Assembly: GCF_009914755.1 (NCBI RefSeq) | Contig: NC_060927.1 | Strand: one strand, 5' to 3' | From: the human T2T-CHM13v2.0 reference genome, Homo sapiens | Length of the DNA stretch: 64,000 nt | Shown: positions 26,392 through 40,914 of the stretch, in pieces | Position numbering within the stretch: position 1 is the first letter of the stretch | Layout: each line of letters starts with the position of its first letter | Position numbers and translations under genes: made by a program | Notes under the pieces: model-generated | What the model was told of the DNA's origin: nothing | Databases searched by the model: none | The model's input: only the letters and a program-made list of their open reading frames with translations

Positions 26392-26399
26392 GTCTAAAG

Positions 26400-26840
26400 A
26401 CCTGCGCTCCATAGAGTCTGTCTTTGCCTCTGCAGATTCATCTGGTACCATTCTGTACTCAACACATGCATTTCTTTTTGTTATTCTTCTGATATGTCCC
26501 ATACATTACAAGGCCTTTGCATGTGCCATTCTCTCTGATTGGAGTTCTCCTCTCTCTCCCTCTCTGTGCATACTGTACCACCTCAATTTTGGCCTGGTAA
26601 ATTCTTCAGAACTCAGTTCAAAGCCCATTTCTTCTGAGAAACCTTCCTGACCTGGTTATCTGCCGCAAAGCACCCTGTAAATGGGTAATTCTTTCTTTAA
26701 CATCTGTCTTCCTACTGGAATGTCAGCTCCATTATGACAAGACCAATACCTTGTTAAAACCTGGGAGTATCCAGAACCTACCACAGTGTGTGGCTCATAA
26801 CGATACGAAATATACATTTGTTAAATGAATGAATGAATGA
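26400..26840 (+). mobile_element. L2 3' fragment
   Basis: GGCCTTTGCATGTGCCATTC...ATTTGTTAAATGAATGAATGAATGAA. Confidence 0.75.
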
Positions 26841-27235
26841 AAGGCTGAAGCTGAATTCTTCTTTTGGAAGTGTAGTTAAGAATGCCCTGCTGATCAGTTC
26901 CCCTTAAGCTTTACCATGCTATGAAAAAGTCCTTCTTTAATTATGGCCTCATATTCCATTTTGTATAATTACCATGTCACATAATTCCACCCCTCCACCC
27001 TCTGCGCCTGCACAATATTGCATATTTTCCACTTCTGGAAATAACACTACGATGAACATATTTGTGCCTACATTTTAGGATTTTTTGGGGTTACATTCTC
27101 AGAACTAAGTCAAAAGTCATGAAGATTTGCTTCACACAGCTGAACTAAGAAAGCCTCTTGAAAACAATGGATAATCTCATTTTAAAAAAGGAAGATGAAT
27201 ACAAAAATATAATTAGAATAAATAAGTTATAGTAT

Positions 27236-27518
<283 letters not shown>

Positions 27519-27529
27519 AGTTATAGTAT

Positions 27530-27965
27530 TTAATAGTACAGTAGAAAAATTATATTTGCCAATATAATATAATAAACATTTATATAAAATTTATGTATAA
27601 AATTTATATAAAAATATTTTATATATTTTATATTTATATAATATAATATATAGTATAATGTATTATAATCTTTTGTGTGATATGCTATACTATATATTAT
27701 AATAAAATAATACAATATATAGTATATATTATTATAAATATATTTACTATAGATAGTTAACAATAATTGTATATTTCAAAATAGCTAGAAGAGAATTGTA
27801 ATGTTCCCACCTCAAAGAAAAGATAAATGTTTGAGGTGTTGGGTATCCCACTTACCGTGATTTGATTATTACACATTGTATACATGAATCAAAATATCAC
27901 TAGTATAACCAAAAATATGCACAACTATGATATATCGATAAAAATACCAAAGAAAGAAAAAGAAA
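27530..27965 (+). mobile_element. L1MA 3' end interrupted by AT-rich low-complexity DNA (~27560-27750)
   Basis: GTATATTTCAAAATAGCTAGAAGAG...GATTATTACACATTGTATACATG..TCAAAATATCAC. Confidence 0.75.
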
Positions 27966-30900
27966 AACAGTGCCAGTTTAACAATAAAATAGGATAAAAT
28001 AGTTTCTCTTAATTCTTAAAAATTCGCAGGCATTTGATGATGAATGGAACTGAGTTGGGAGAGTTATTTCTATCCTCCCACCTGGTCTTGGTTTTAGAGG
28101 CCTGTGGTAGTTCTGGAGCTGGCCCATACCACCAGCAACTGAATTTGATGCCAGACTAACTGGTCTTCAGTGAAGAACTTTCTCACCTGGCTTAAGTATA
28201 GGGCCAGGGCCTTCACGATACAGGCAGACAAAGAATGTCTTCTGTATCATCAAAACTTATGCTTTACTCAAACTCTCCTGACCCAGCAGAGGAGCTAACC
28301 TGAATCAGACTGCCTGGAGCTTGTACTACATCTTGAACAACCTCTTTACGCCTCAGTTCCTGGTACATCTGTAAAATAGGGATAATAATAGTACCCCATC
28401 ACGGGTTTGCTGTAAAGGAGATAATGCATGTAATGTGCTTAGCATAGTACTTGGCCTAATATATGTGCTCAATGAATATTAACTGCTATTATCATAAAGG
28501 TATTTTTAATGTGTAAATATCCATCATAGCCTGTTTTCAGGGAAATGGGTAAAAGTCTGGGTAATTATAAAACTATAAAATTTAAAAAATAAAGCCAATA
28601 CTGGATTTATACCATTATTGCTATCTCCTTAACTGGGATTCCATTATTTAATTTAGATAAAGGCTGAGCTAAAACTTATTGATCCTAAAGAATAAAAACA
28701 GCCACACGGAGCAAGTAAATACCAAAAACCCAATTGTCAAGCAGACAGTGACTATTTCAGAAAAGAAATATATTAGAAGCACCCACTCACATTCCTTAAA
28801 ACACTAATTTTTATTTCTTCATTAAAGCAGGCCTTCTAAAAATCTCTTTTCGATGATTATTTTGTTAGCCTGGTTTGAGCTATTACATATAATTAAATGA
28901 ATGAATCTCTGTTCCATTAAGAATAGTTTGTATTTCATACTTTTCACTAATTCTTCTATTTTTTTCAATCTATATGAGGAAGGCAGATTGGCTTCTTTGA
29001 TTTAGGAAGACCAGCATACCTTTGACTGGAGTGTGCTAATTTAAAGACTTATTTAAAGTTGTCAGAGGATGCTGGTGGTAGAAGCAAGCTGAGTTGGGGG
29101 TGGAGGTGGGGATTTTGATATGAAAATCCATACAGATAGTAATGAACAGAGATTATAATGATTATGGTATACTGTTTATAATGATTATAGGGGCTAAAAT
29201 CTGCCTGGGTCAAGATTACATGCAATGAAATTTATCGTTGAATGTCCCTGAAATTGCCCATAAAACACAGCATATAGGGTTTTTTTTTCTGAATATAGCC
29301 CTGGACACTTATGTATATATGAACATATGCATAAATGTCTAATTTCTATAGGAATATACAGAATAAAAATTAGACTACCTAAAATGTAAATGTACAGCAT
29401 TTTACTCTACTGGTCTGTGGTATGATTTTTACACTTGGTGGATAGTTGGATTTTCATAAGCTGACAGCAAGTTCGGAGGCAGCCCAGGTCGAAACATGAG
29501 AGTGGGCTGCACTGAGCATGTGTGTGTGTACACATGTGTGTTTATTTCAGGTGCCTGAACTCCACTGTTTGCAAGTGAATTGAAGGATAGGAACTGAATC
29601 CATCTCTTCTATGGTAACACAACTTTCGTTATTTTTTAACTTCAAAGCAATTCTTTGATTTACAGCCCTTGCTCTAGCCCAGGAATGTCTGTTAGACCAT
29701 ATCTCTTAGAACAGTGGCCCTAGTTCTTCCCTGACCCTGAAAATTCCTCTGGCACACAAGGAAGACAAAAAGCCCCGTAAGCGCCTCTCACACCCAGCCA
29801 GGACGTGATCATCCTTTCATGCTGCCTGTCTCTGAAGGCCTATTCCAGAATCTTCTACCTGGAAGAGACCAAAATGGGTAGCTCTGAGAATGGGCATGGG
29901 GAGCTGTGGTGGAATTCTGGGTGGGGCTGAAGGGAACTTTCACATTCCCACACGTTGGAGAGTTGAGGGTATACAGCGTTGCTGGCAGAGGAGCTTGAAA
30001 TTCTGACATTTTCTTTCAGCCTTCATCTCTGGGCCATGGCCTCCTTTCTGTCTGTCTGTCCCTCATGCAGATATCTAAGCAGAGTGAGGAGAAACTTTAC
30101 GACCCCTAGCTGAGCTGGTGCAGCTAAAACATTTGCCCTGAAGTCCACCCCCAACCAAGGGGTGTCTCACACGACTTATTCCTGGGGTCAGGTGGCAGCC
30201 ATGTGGACAGGCTAAGCCCGGGCTTACACTGCAGTTCGATGTCCTTCCCACCAGCTATCTCAAGCCAGCTCCCTTCCTTAGTCACCTTGGCCAACTTCCG
30301 AAACAATATGGCAAACCTCAGGGCTATGAAAACGTTATAACATTAATAGCCAGTACTTGTGCTCCTGCTATTTGCCCAGTAGGATACCAACAGCTTTACA
30401 TTTTTATTTCATTTATGTTTCACAATAAGTCAATGAGAAAGGGGCCACTACAGTCCCCATTTTATAGATGAACAAACTGAGTCCCCCCTCTCCCCACCCC
30501 CATTTTCCTGGAAGTTAAATAACTTGCCCAAGATGGCAGAGCCAGTGGGCACAGACTCTGGCAGTCAGATTTCAGAGTCCACGTGCTTCACCTCTGGGCT
30601 CTGCAGCCACTGACGGTTTTCACTGTGGCACCAAGGGCTGAGTTGCGGCAGGTTGGAGAGGCTGATCCCACCACCTGCTCAACTTAACATCCCAAGAATT
30701 TGACCTTATTCTCACCTTGTTATCCCAATCTCCTGGTGACAGCACAGCTGGGAGGAAGACACAGATTTAATGTATGTAAGCTGCCCAATAAATAGTAGCT
30801 ATTTTAACCATAATTAGGTTAAAACCAGAGAAAGAGTGCTCTCCATTGTTCACAAGGAAGTCAACAGTGAACTTGATATTGAGACTGATTTTGACCAGTT

Positions 30901-31335
30901 CTGCTCTTGGAAGTGAGACAGCGTTACTGTTCTTCAAGTGGTACTGGAGATCTAGTTTTACCTGAATCAATACAGCTTTCCTTTAGTTTTGCTTGGGGAA
31001 AACATTTTATTGCCAAGGAGGTTTGGAAAATTGAGGTTTTCATTTTTTTTTTTCCCTTCTGTAACTCCTGGCAGAAAAGCAAAAGAAAGTGAGGAATGAT
31101 TATTTGAGAGCTGAAACAGGGCTATTTGGAAAAGAGAGTATTATAACTGGCCAGGGTCTGAGCATCCCAGAGAAGACTGGGCCACAGGCCCTCGGGGGCC
31201 AGATCGTAGTAGGTATCGAGTGGGAACAGGATATGGCACAATTCTTGAAGTGTGTTTCATGGAACCCTGGTTATTTGGGGGAAATTACAAGCTGTAACTT
31301 CGAAAAGAAGTTTTTGTGCTTGGCTTCATTTAGGT

Positions 31336-31815
31336 TAGTGGTTCTCAAAATGTGACTCCAGATCAGGGGCATCAGCATCACCAGGGAAATGGTTACAGAT
31401 GTCAATTTCTGGCCTCTCCTCAGACTGATCATGTGGTGGGTTTTGTTTTGTTTTGTTTTGAGATGGGTCTTACTCTGTTGCCCAGGCTGGAGTACAGTGG
31501 TACAATAATGGCTCATTGCAGCCTTGACCACCCAGGCTCATTCTCACCTCAGCCTCCTGAGTAGCTAAGACTACAGGTGCACACCACCACAGTCAGTTAT
31601 TTAATTTTTTTTTTTTTTTTTTTTTTTGTAGAGATTGGGTCTCCCTGTGTTGCCCAAGCTGGTCTTGAATTCCTGGGCTCAAGCAATCCTCCTGCCTCAG
31701 CCTTCCCAAGTGCTGGGATTATGGGCACAAGGCACTACATCTGGCCACCTGCTTGTGTTTTCACAAGCCCTGCAGGTGATGGTGAAGCACTCCTGAGTTT
31801 GAGAACCACTGCTTT
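31336..31815. mobile_element. MER5A interrupted by an AluJ (31441-31746, minus)
   Basis: AGTGGTTCTCAAA ... TTTGAGAACCACT TIRs enclosing the Alu. Confidence 0.85.
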
Positions 31816-32260
31816 AGTGGAATGCTGGCTAAAGTCACACAGGTTTATTTCCTGTATAATTTAGTCCCACCTCACATGCTAATGCTTACTGTGACTCTTC
31901 AGGAAGGAAATACAAATACTAGCATTTTCTCCCAAAAGTGTTGGGCGGTGGAAGCCTATTTTCAGGTAGCATTGCTAGGACATGCTTCTCTGGACCACAC
32001 GGGGGAAGTCAGACAGCATTTCTCCAGACAGCCGGGGGCTAGAGAGGGCTCAGTCCCAGCTCCCAGATATTCATAAGGAGTACTCGACAGGCCCTGGAGA
32101 TTAATTTTGAGCTCAGACTCTCTGAACTGCCAAGGAACACCAAGATTTAAAAAAAAAAAAAAAAAAAAAAATGCCGACAGGCAATTGTCATACCCAGCTC
32201 CCTCCAGCCCAGGCATCTCCCAAAAGTCTTGGGGAACAGCCAGTGTAGTGATCATTCTTT

Positions 32261-32275
32261 CCATAAGGTGGCGCT
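32261..32275 (+). promoter_or_regulatory. putative CTCF motif
   Basis: CCATAAGGTGGCGCT versus consensus CCASYAGRKGGCRS: right-hand core intact, two mismatches on the left. Confidence 0.35.
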
Positions 32276-32947
32276 CCTGGCTTTAATTATTTTTAGTTTC
32301 TGGCTGAAACGGTAGTAACTATCTAACGAATAAAATTATAATTTAGGTTACAGTTTATCTACATGGGTTTCCTACAATCACATTTTTATTTATTTATTTA
32401 CTTATTTTTTTAACAGAGCCTCACTCTATCACCCAGGCTGCAGTGCAGTGGCACTAGACAGGCAAATTTTTTGGTTCTGGGTCACTGAAACATACAGTGT
32501 ATTTCAAAACATCATGTTGTACACGATAAAAATATACGATTTTTATTTGTCAAGAGAAAAGAAACATAATGTATAGATTTTGGAGGGAAGGAATGGGGAA
32601 AGAACATTATAATTTCGGGGCACATTCTAAAGCTCATGCACTCTCTCTCAGCTATCTTTATTCCTTTCAGTGCAAGGAAAAATATTTAATGACTAATTTA
32701 CAAGTAATCAATATGACTATTTAGTTAATCGGATTTGAGGACATTGATTGGCTGAGATGGAGAAGAGAGAGAGTGAGATAGCTTTTTTTCACAGACACAA
32801 ACTTAATCATGGCAGCTAGAAAAAGAGATCAGGAAACAGATTTTCCTGGAATGTCCCAATTGGACGTTTCTCCTCTTTCTCAGGTGAGGGAGGCAGGTTG
32901 AGCTGCTTTTTTATAGTCTTATTTTGATTAGGTAGAAGTATTTGCAA

Positions 32948-33393
32948 TAGGGTTTTCAGATTTAGAAAATAAAAATACAGGATGCTTGGTTAAGTATGAA
33001 TTTCAGATAAACAACATATACATGTTTAGTATAACTATGTCCCATGTAGTGATAACAGTACACTTATTGTAAACAGTGTTCATTGTGTACTTAAAAAAAA
33101 AAAAAAAGAGATGGTGTCTCACTTTGCAGCCCAGCCTGGAGTGCAGTCGCGCAATCATGGCTCACTGCCCTCTTGACATCCTGGGCTCAAGGGATCCTCC
33201 CACCTCAACCTCCAAGTAGCTGGGACTACAGGCATGCACCACCATGCCCAGCTAATTTTTAAAGTTTTTGCAAAACCAGGGTCTCACCACCTTGCCCAGG
33301 CTGGTCTCGAACTCTTAGGATCAGGCGATCCTCACTGTGTATTTGAAATTCTAATTTAACTGGGTGTCCTGTATTTTATCTGGCAGTTCTGCC
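32948..33393. mobile_element. MER53 palindromic MITE interrupted by a truncated Alu (33093-33331)
   Basis: CAGATTTAGAAAATAAAAATACAGGA ... TCCTGTATTTTATCTGGCA arms. Confidence 0.8.
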
Positions 33394-33766
33394 TTGTAAT
33401 AAAACCCTACTTTCCCAGCTCTCTTCTTTGTCTTCCCCTATTTCTGAGGCAACCCCAGGCAGGGCTCCTGGCTGAGATGGGACGGGAGAAATGGGCCATG
33501 CCTGGGTAAACTTAGACATTTTTCCACGAGCCGGGTTTCTGCCCCACGTTCTCAGGACTTCAGAGGGAAGGCTGTAAGTGGCAGCGGTTTCTGACCTGGC
33601 TGTACATTTGAATCATTTGGGGAGCTTTAAATTCTACTCCTGCCAGGTCCCCCCACCCTCAGAGATTCCGATTCAGCTCATCTGTGTGGGAAGGACCTGG
33701 GCAGGTGCATTTAAAAATTCCTCAGGTGATTCTACTATACACCCACGGTGAGAAACAGTACACAGT

Positions 33767-34130
33767 CGACACGCTCCTCAGTTTACAATGGGGTTATGTC
33801 TCAATAAACACATCGCAAGTTGGAAATATCATTAAGTCAAGAATGCATTTAATATATCTAACTTTCTGAACATCACAGCCTAGGCTAGCCTACCTTAAAT
33901 GTATTCAGAACACTTGCATTAGCCTATAGCAGGGCAAAATCATCTAACACAAAGCCTATTTTATAATAAAGTGTTGAATATTTTGTGTAATTGATTGAAT
34001 ACTGTACTTAGTGAAAAACAGAACGGCTGTATCGGTACCTGAAGTAGGGTTTCTACCGAGCGTGTTTTGCTTTTGAACCATGGTGAAGTTGAAAAATCAA
34101 GTGGAACCGTCGTAAGTCAGGGACCATCTG
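33767..34130. mobile_element. MER47A-like (TcMar-Tigger) flanked by MER5 fragments
   Basis: GGGCAAAATCATCTAACACAAAGCCTATTTTATAATAAAGTGTTGAATA; ends GTCGTAAGTCAGGGACCATCTG. Confidence 0.8.
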
Positions 34131-34787
34131 CACAGCACAGTGTTTCTCAAGCTGTACTGTGCCCATCACCACCTGAGACACTGTTCAGCTGTAGACTCTG
34201 ACTCACTAGGGTCTGGGACCCAGAACCTGCATTTCCAACGGGCCCCCAGGTGACACTGATGCACTGCGTAGACCACACCTTAACCACCCAGATTTTAGAG
34301 GGTGAAAAACTTATTATTGTAGACCCTGTGTATCTCTAATTCTCCAGATATATCGCTTAATAAGTTATCTGTCTTCTAGCTCCATCTGTATTTCAATTTT
34401 TCTAAATAAAAAGAAGAGGTCATTTCCCCTCGGTTCATAGAACGAACCGCAAGCTGGCTAACTGAAAGATATCTGAGCCACACTCTCGACAGAGGCTTCT
34501 TCCTGCTTTTACCTCCCTGGTTAGGTGGTTTTTCTAATTACTTGGATGGTTCATATGTTCACCTCTCGAGGAAGAATTCACCAGAAGTGAACAAGGCTCT
34601 CACACTTTAATCACGTGTAAACACTGCACCCTAGGTTTATTTCCTAAATGGTCTTCCTGACACTACAAAATGGCTTAAGTGGGAAAGCACATTCGTTTGC
34701 TCCTTCAGCACCACTACCACAGTAATAAAGACAAGAACGAAAGAAAGAAATAAAAATTCATCTCCCAACCCATCTGTAGAACCTTAC

Positions 34788-34892
34788 CGGCGACTTCTTG
34801 ATGTCAGAGACAGCATAATTCCCTTGTGATATCCATCTGGCAGATTCAGTTAAAGACAAGCCGGTTCCATAAAGGTTGATGCTAAAACGACC
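34788..34892 (-). CDS. ADAMTS9: ADAMTS9 coding exon (probably exon 38), GON-1 domain, 105 nt, phase 0-0
   Basis: ttccag|GGT...CCG|gtaagg; [35 protein letters not shown]. Confidence 0.95.
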
Positions 34893-36317
34893 CTGGAAAA
34901 CACGACCAACAAAAGAGATTTTCAGTCCATGTGATGTCCCCAAAAAAGCAAAGGCAAAGGTGATACAATAAAAGGTACTTTGGAAAAGAGAAGGATGTTG
35001 ATTAATTGTGATAGCTACTAATTATTGATAGTATTTAGTTTTGTTTGTTCAGGGCCAGCCATTCTTCATGCATCATGTTAGTCATCCTCGAAAGAGCTCT
35101 ATGAAGGAGGTTTTCTTTACAGATAGGGAAACTGAGGCTTAGCGGAAGTGATTAACTTCTCCAGGATACGGTAGGAGTCCAACTCACATCCTCCTGACTT
35201 CAAAGTCCTTGCTCCATTCGGCCTCCCTAACACAGCAGTCCTGATGTTGCTCACAATTATCAGATTCCTTCAGGAACAAAATGTCACAGTGTAATTTTTC
35301 TAACAAGATCTTGGTGCCAAGCTTCCTGGGCTTCCAGCTCCCTGGGGCGATTAGCACACCGCGTACTAAGCACAGCAGGGCGGGACTTCAAAGAAGAGGC
35401 GCTTTCCCCAGGACGGTCAGCAGAGGGCAGGGTTGGCCTGCTCAAGACCACCTGGGCCTGGAGGATGCGGCTTTCAGGCTCCGGTAAGGGAGATCTCCCA
35501 AACCCCTCCCCTCCGAGGGTGCCTTTCAGAACATGGCCTCTGGTGCCTCAATATTGATTTCTAAAGAGACGGTGCAGCAGAAAGACCCTCTCGCTGCTTT
35601 CTCCAATTGTCTCTCTCACTCTCTCTTTCAAAAATGACTCGCAAAGGCATCTGAAATACTTTCTTCTTGAGGCTTCCTACTCCACAATGAGCAGTTTCAG
35701 AGCTAAAAATATTCCACATGAACACTCCTGATTGCTTTCTCTCTGAAACTGACAAACCAGCACTTTGTCAAAACAGTCTTTTATAAACAAGAAGAGAGGC
35801 AAGGAGGAGCTCACAGCTGATCAGACCCGCGTGTAAGAAAAATTCTTTCACCTGTGATTAGATCCTGGCCAGATCTTTTCTCACCTCTTGGAACCTCAGT
35901 TTATTCATCTGTAAAATGGAAAGCACTAAAACTCTCTTCCCTCTGAGCACCGTACAGAGGACTAAAAGAAATCAGCTATGGCTGGCGCTTAGTAGATATG
36001 CAAAAAGATGGTATCTGTCTTACATTTTCTAATTGTTTTGTAAGTGTTCGTGTGATCTCTTCAATATAACAGTAAGCTTATTGAGAGCAGGGCCTTACTA
36101 TTGCTTTGTTTATTGAATCAGCTATGGTTTGTAACATACGACTAGCCACTTAAATATTATATCCCAGCTCCTCAATTAAGATTTCCAGGACTAAGTGTAG
36201 CTTAGAGGTCTCTCAATGCCAGTTCCATAAATATTGACTAACAAAAGTTTATAAACACTTCTGGAGTGCTAGATTCCACAAGATAGAGGTGACCAGAGGA
36301 CTTAGTTTGGACTAAAT

Positions 36318-36527
36318 CAGTGGTTCTCAACAGGGCACGATTTTGACCCCAGGGGAAATCTGGCAATGTCTGGAAACATTTTTGTTTGTCACAACTGTGG
36401 GGGGCAGGGAATGGTGCTGCTGTTGGCATCTGGGGGGTAGAGACCAAGGATGCTGCTGCGATGCACAGGACAGCCCACAATAGAGAATTCTCCAGCCCGA
36501 AAAGTGCTGAGGCTGATTGAAAACCTG
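36318..36527 (+). mobile_element. MER20 (hAT-Charlie); a second copy lies at ~51247-51450 in the opposite orientation
   Basis: CAGTGGTTCTCAAC...TGGCAATGTCTGGAAACATTTTTG..TGTCACAACTG. Confidence 0.8.
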
Positions 36528-36715
36528 GTACAAAGGGTAGATTTACCCTAGAATCTTGCTCCCTTCTTTACTTTCAGCATGACCTCAGGCAAGGAGATCA
36601 TCTGTAAAATGGATTAGTAAGACTTAACCTGTGAATAGGAGGTGATTAGACAGAAGGCACAATGCACGTCACGCATTACCTGGCAGACAGTAGGTAATAT
36701 TTAAAAAATATTTTT

Positions 36716-37035
<320 letters not shown>

Positions 37036-37105
37036 CTACAGAGGTTCATGGTTCTTATGTGGCATGGCTGCCATGCTCAGGTGTTTTTGATTGTAGCTGC
37101 ACTGA

Positions 37106-37461
<356 letters not shown>

Positions 37462-40400
37462 ACCCCCTCCCCCCAAAATTTTCTTATCTTACTATCATTC
37501 CTGCCCCCAGGAGTGGGTCCACATAACTCAAAGTGCCCAGGCCATCCTAGTGCCAAGAATGTCCCTCTTTTCTCCCTCCATTCTGCTTTCCACTCAGACT
37601 GCCTGTCCCACCTGTACTGCAAGAGAAAGGAGACTTGATCTGCTTTGGCACTGAAGTTTTCCGGGGGTCCAGGCGGCTGACCCAGCTTCTTTCTGGACAA
37701 TGCCCCCAGCCGACCTGGGCGTCCAGTGTCTGAACATGCTCAATATATACGTCTACTAAGTCTGCCTTCCCAGAGGGGTTGATGAACCCAGATGCAACAG
37801 GAGATCATCCTCCTCATTCTCCTTCTGCCCTTTCCAGTTTAGGGATCTGCATTTCAGCAAATGTCCTAGCTGATTGTTAGCACTCTGAAAGTTGAGTTCC
37901 ACCAGAGAAGTAAAGACCTAATGTTCTTTCTGGCTCTGCTCTGGGACATCTTTGCCCTTAAAGGCCTTATCTTCAAGGTCTAAAGGGCACATGAGTTGTA
38001 AATACCACCTTCTGTTGCCTATTCTAAAGAAGAGTGATTGAGAGTTATACGTTTACTAGTTGGTCCGTAAAGGTTTGCAAAAGATGTGCTTAGACCAAAG
38101 GATAATCCTGTTTTCTGTTGTACAGGAGCAAATGTTGCAGAAATCTTGCCTGAAAACAGAATCAAAAAGACATGTCTACTATCATGGATATGAATTCAGA
38201 CACACTTAGGTTCAAATCCAGACTCTACTGAGCGGCAGCTGTGTAGGTTTGGGCAAATCCTCCCAATTTCTACTCCTTACCCTCCTCCTCTTTAAAAAGG
38301 AGGCATTTTCATAGAATACTGTGGTGATTTAAATGCTACATTGAGTAGACAATACTGAGTACAGTGACTAAAGCAAAGACGCATAATAAATGCTAGCTAT
38401 TAATACCATCAATAATAATAGTGTCACATCTACTGTCATCAGGATAAAAAATATTCTGGTTATGTTTCAAGATGAGGGCTGTCGGGGAATCCACTCTTAT
38501 TAATAAATACATCCACAAAGCAATAGTGGTCAATGAGGTAAAAGAAAGAAATTCTCAAACACAACATCATTCTGCTTTGATTTCTGTGCAATCACTAGGT
38601 CAAAGGCTGAACCACCTACTCCGAAGCAGTCTCCACAATCATGCTTTCTACAAACCTTTTCCTGGAAAACTGATTTGAAAAACTCACATCTTGCATCAGT
38701 GTAGCTGGTGCTCAATATGTGTCTAAGGAATTGAATTCTTAAAGTACCCAATATGGTTTGAAGAATGAGCTGGGAAAAAATACAAATTAGCCTCTCTCAA
38801 GCTTTGGGTTTTCTCATTTAGGAATTGCTTCATTGTCAGGATTTAGCAAATCAATCAGTTCATTTGTCTCTGAATTATTAAAATAAATGAATGCAAGTTA
38901 CTTTTCATTTACTTAAGCTTCCCAAAGGATGTGCATATAGAAACAAGAAAATCCTGAGACATTTGAAAAAGGCAGGACAGGGCCAATCTGTTAGCCACTA
39001 AAATGCAACAGATACCAATGGGGTTTTTGAAGCCATCAATTGCCCTAAAAAAAACTGTACTTCAAAAGTTTTTGATTCCTGGGTAATGGAAGAAAGGCTC
39101 TTTTTACCATTATGTCCTTTGTTTATTTTCCTTCTCTCCTGAGAGCTTCCTCTCCACTTCTCTAAAACGTTTAGCAATGCTCTTCTAAAGCTTGAGGCCG
39201 AAAAAACGCCTCGTTAAAACAACGTTCAGATGTGTTTGTCTTCGGACGTTCTCTGTAGTTGGGGGTAAATCCATCCTATGGAGACAGGGCTTGGGATTCT
39301 GAACGCGTCACAGAATCCCAGTCTTCAGACTTTTGAAGGTTCACAGGCAAAGTAAGAAACTCTTGACAGAGTTTAACAACAGCTTTGTGAAGACCTCCTT
39401 TAAACCTAAGAGAAAACTGGCCAAGTTCTCCTGCCCAGAATCACTGAGTTCATTATGTTTGTCCTGCCTTCCAAGGGCAGAAGCTTCTTGTAAAGACTAA
39501 CGTCTGCTTTGCAAAATTAGCCCGAGCTGATTATGACAAAATGTTTCAAAAGACAAGCTAAAACTTGCCACGCCTCTCTCAGGCAAGAAAGTGTAGAACC
39601 ACAGAATGGGCAGAAAGATTGCTGCTGAGTGGCTCCGCTGAAAAGCCATCCAACAGAAGATGATGAATTTGCACTTCTGGTCCGAACACTGCAGACGTTG
39701 TAGAACTGAAGTAGGGGTAACAGGTTGAGTCAATGACATCCACAGAGCCGCAAGCCTTGGTCCCGGAGGACTTCTAGAATATATTATTATCTCATGGATA
39801 TTCGTTAACCTGTCATCCTCTCTAATAGGCTACAGATTTCTCAAGGGATGAATGTTTGTGAGTCTCCAGTAAAAAGGATGGTGCCTGGCACAAAGTGAGC
39901 ACTTGAGAAAGGTCAGCTGTTTTGTTGCTAAGACTATTCTAGAGCCATTTCTGACTACCATTCAGGAACCAAAGGAAACCCAGATAAGTCTTGAAAATTT
40001 TGAGATCTCCCCGTCCAACTTTTATTTATTTTTTTAAAAATTGGTTTCATGCTTACTCTGAAAAATTTAGGAAACCCGGCAAAGTTAAACATTAAATTAA
40101 AAAAAAAAAAACCTTACCAATGCACCCAACTAATATTTTGAAAAAGTCCTTCCAGACTTTTTCTGTTTATACATTAAAAGAAAATACAGATGGGATCATA
40201 CTGCATGTAGTGTTTTGCATCTTGTTTTTTCTGTCTAATCCATGTAAAGTGTTTTTCTATATCATGCAATATTCAGATTCATAAAGGCTGACAGTGGTGT
40301 GTTGGCACGTGCTTGAACTGGCTTTTGAGAGTCAACTGTCTGCCTTCTTCCTAGCCCTCCATTTAGTGACATAATGTTGACGGCTTGAAATCAATTATAG

Positions 40401-40822
40401 GGAGAATATTTACACCATGGCAATTGACAAATGTTACAAAGCAGGACCTTTTTTTTTTAGAAGTGTCAGTCATTAAATATTTACTAGCACTCCGCTGACT
40501 GTACAATATTCATTTTATTTACCACCATAATTTGTTTAACCAAGCCCTCGCTAACCGACATCTAATTTGTTTCTAAGTTGGCGTGTTTTGTTGAATGCAG
40601 AAGTTAGGCATGTAGCTATGATCATTTCCTTAGGACCCACTTTCAGGAGCTGAATTACGAGATTAGACTCCAGAGCATTTGAGAGGGTCTTGATACATGT
40701 GGCCAAACTGCCCTCTAGAGCAACTGTTCTAATCACATTCCCAGGAACAGATGCAACTGAGGATGTTCCCGGGAAAGGTGGGAGGTGAATCCCTGGCAAG
40801 GGGGAAGGCACCAAGGACATAC

Positions 40823-40914
40823 CTGTGGGCACTTGGCAGCGCTGTAGCAATCCCCGGCTGTGGCAAAAGGGACGGGATGTCCTTCGCTTGTCCTTGCAAA
40901 CTGTAAGTCAGTGG
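40823..40914 (-). CDS. ADAMTS9: ADAMTS9 coding exon (probably exon 37), GON-1 domain, 92 nt, phase 1-0
   Basis: ccacag|CC ACT...CAG|gtatgt; (T)[30 protein letters not shown]. Confidence 0.95.
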
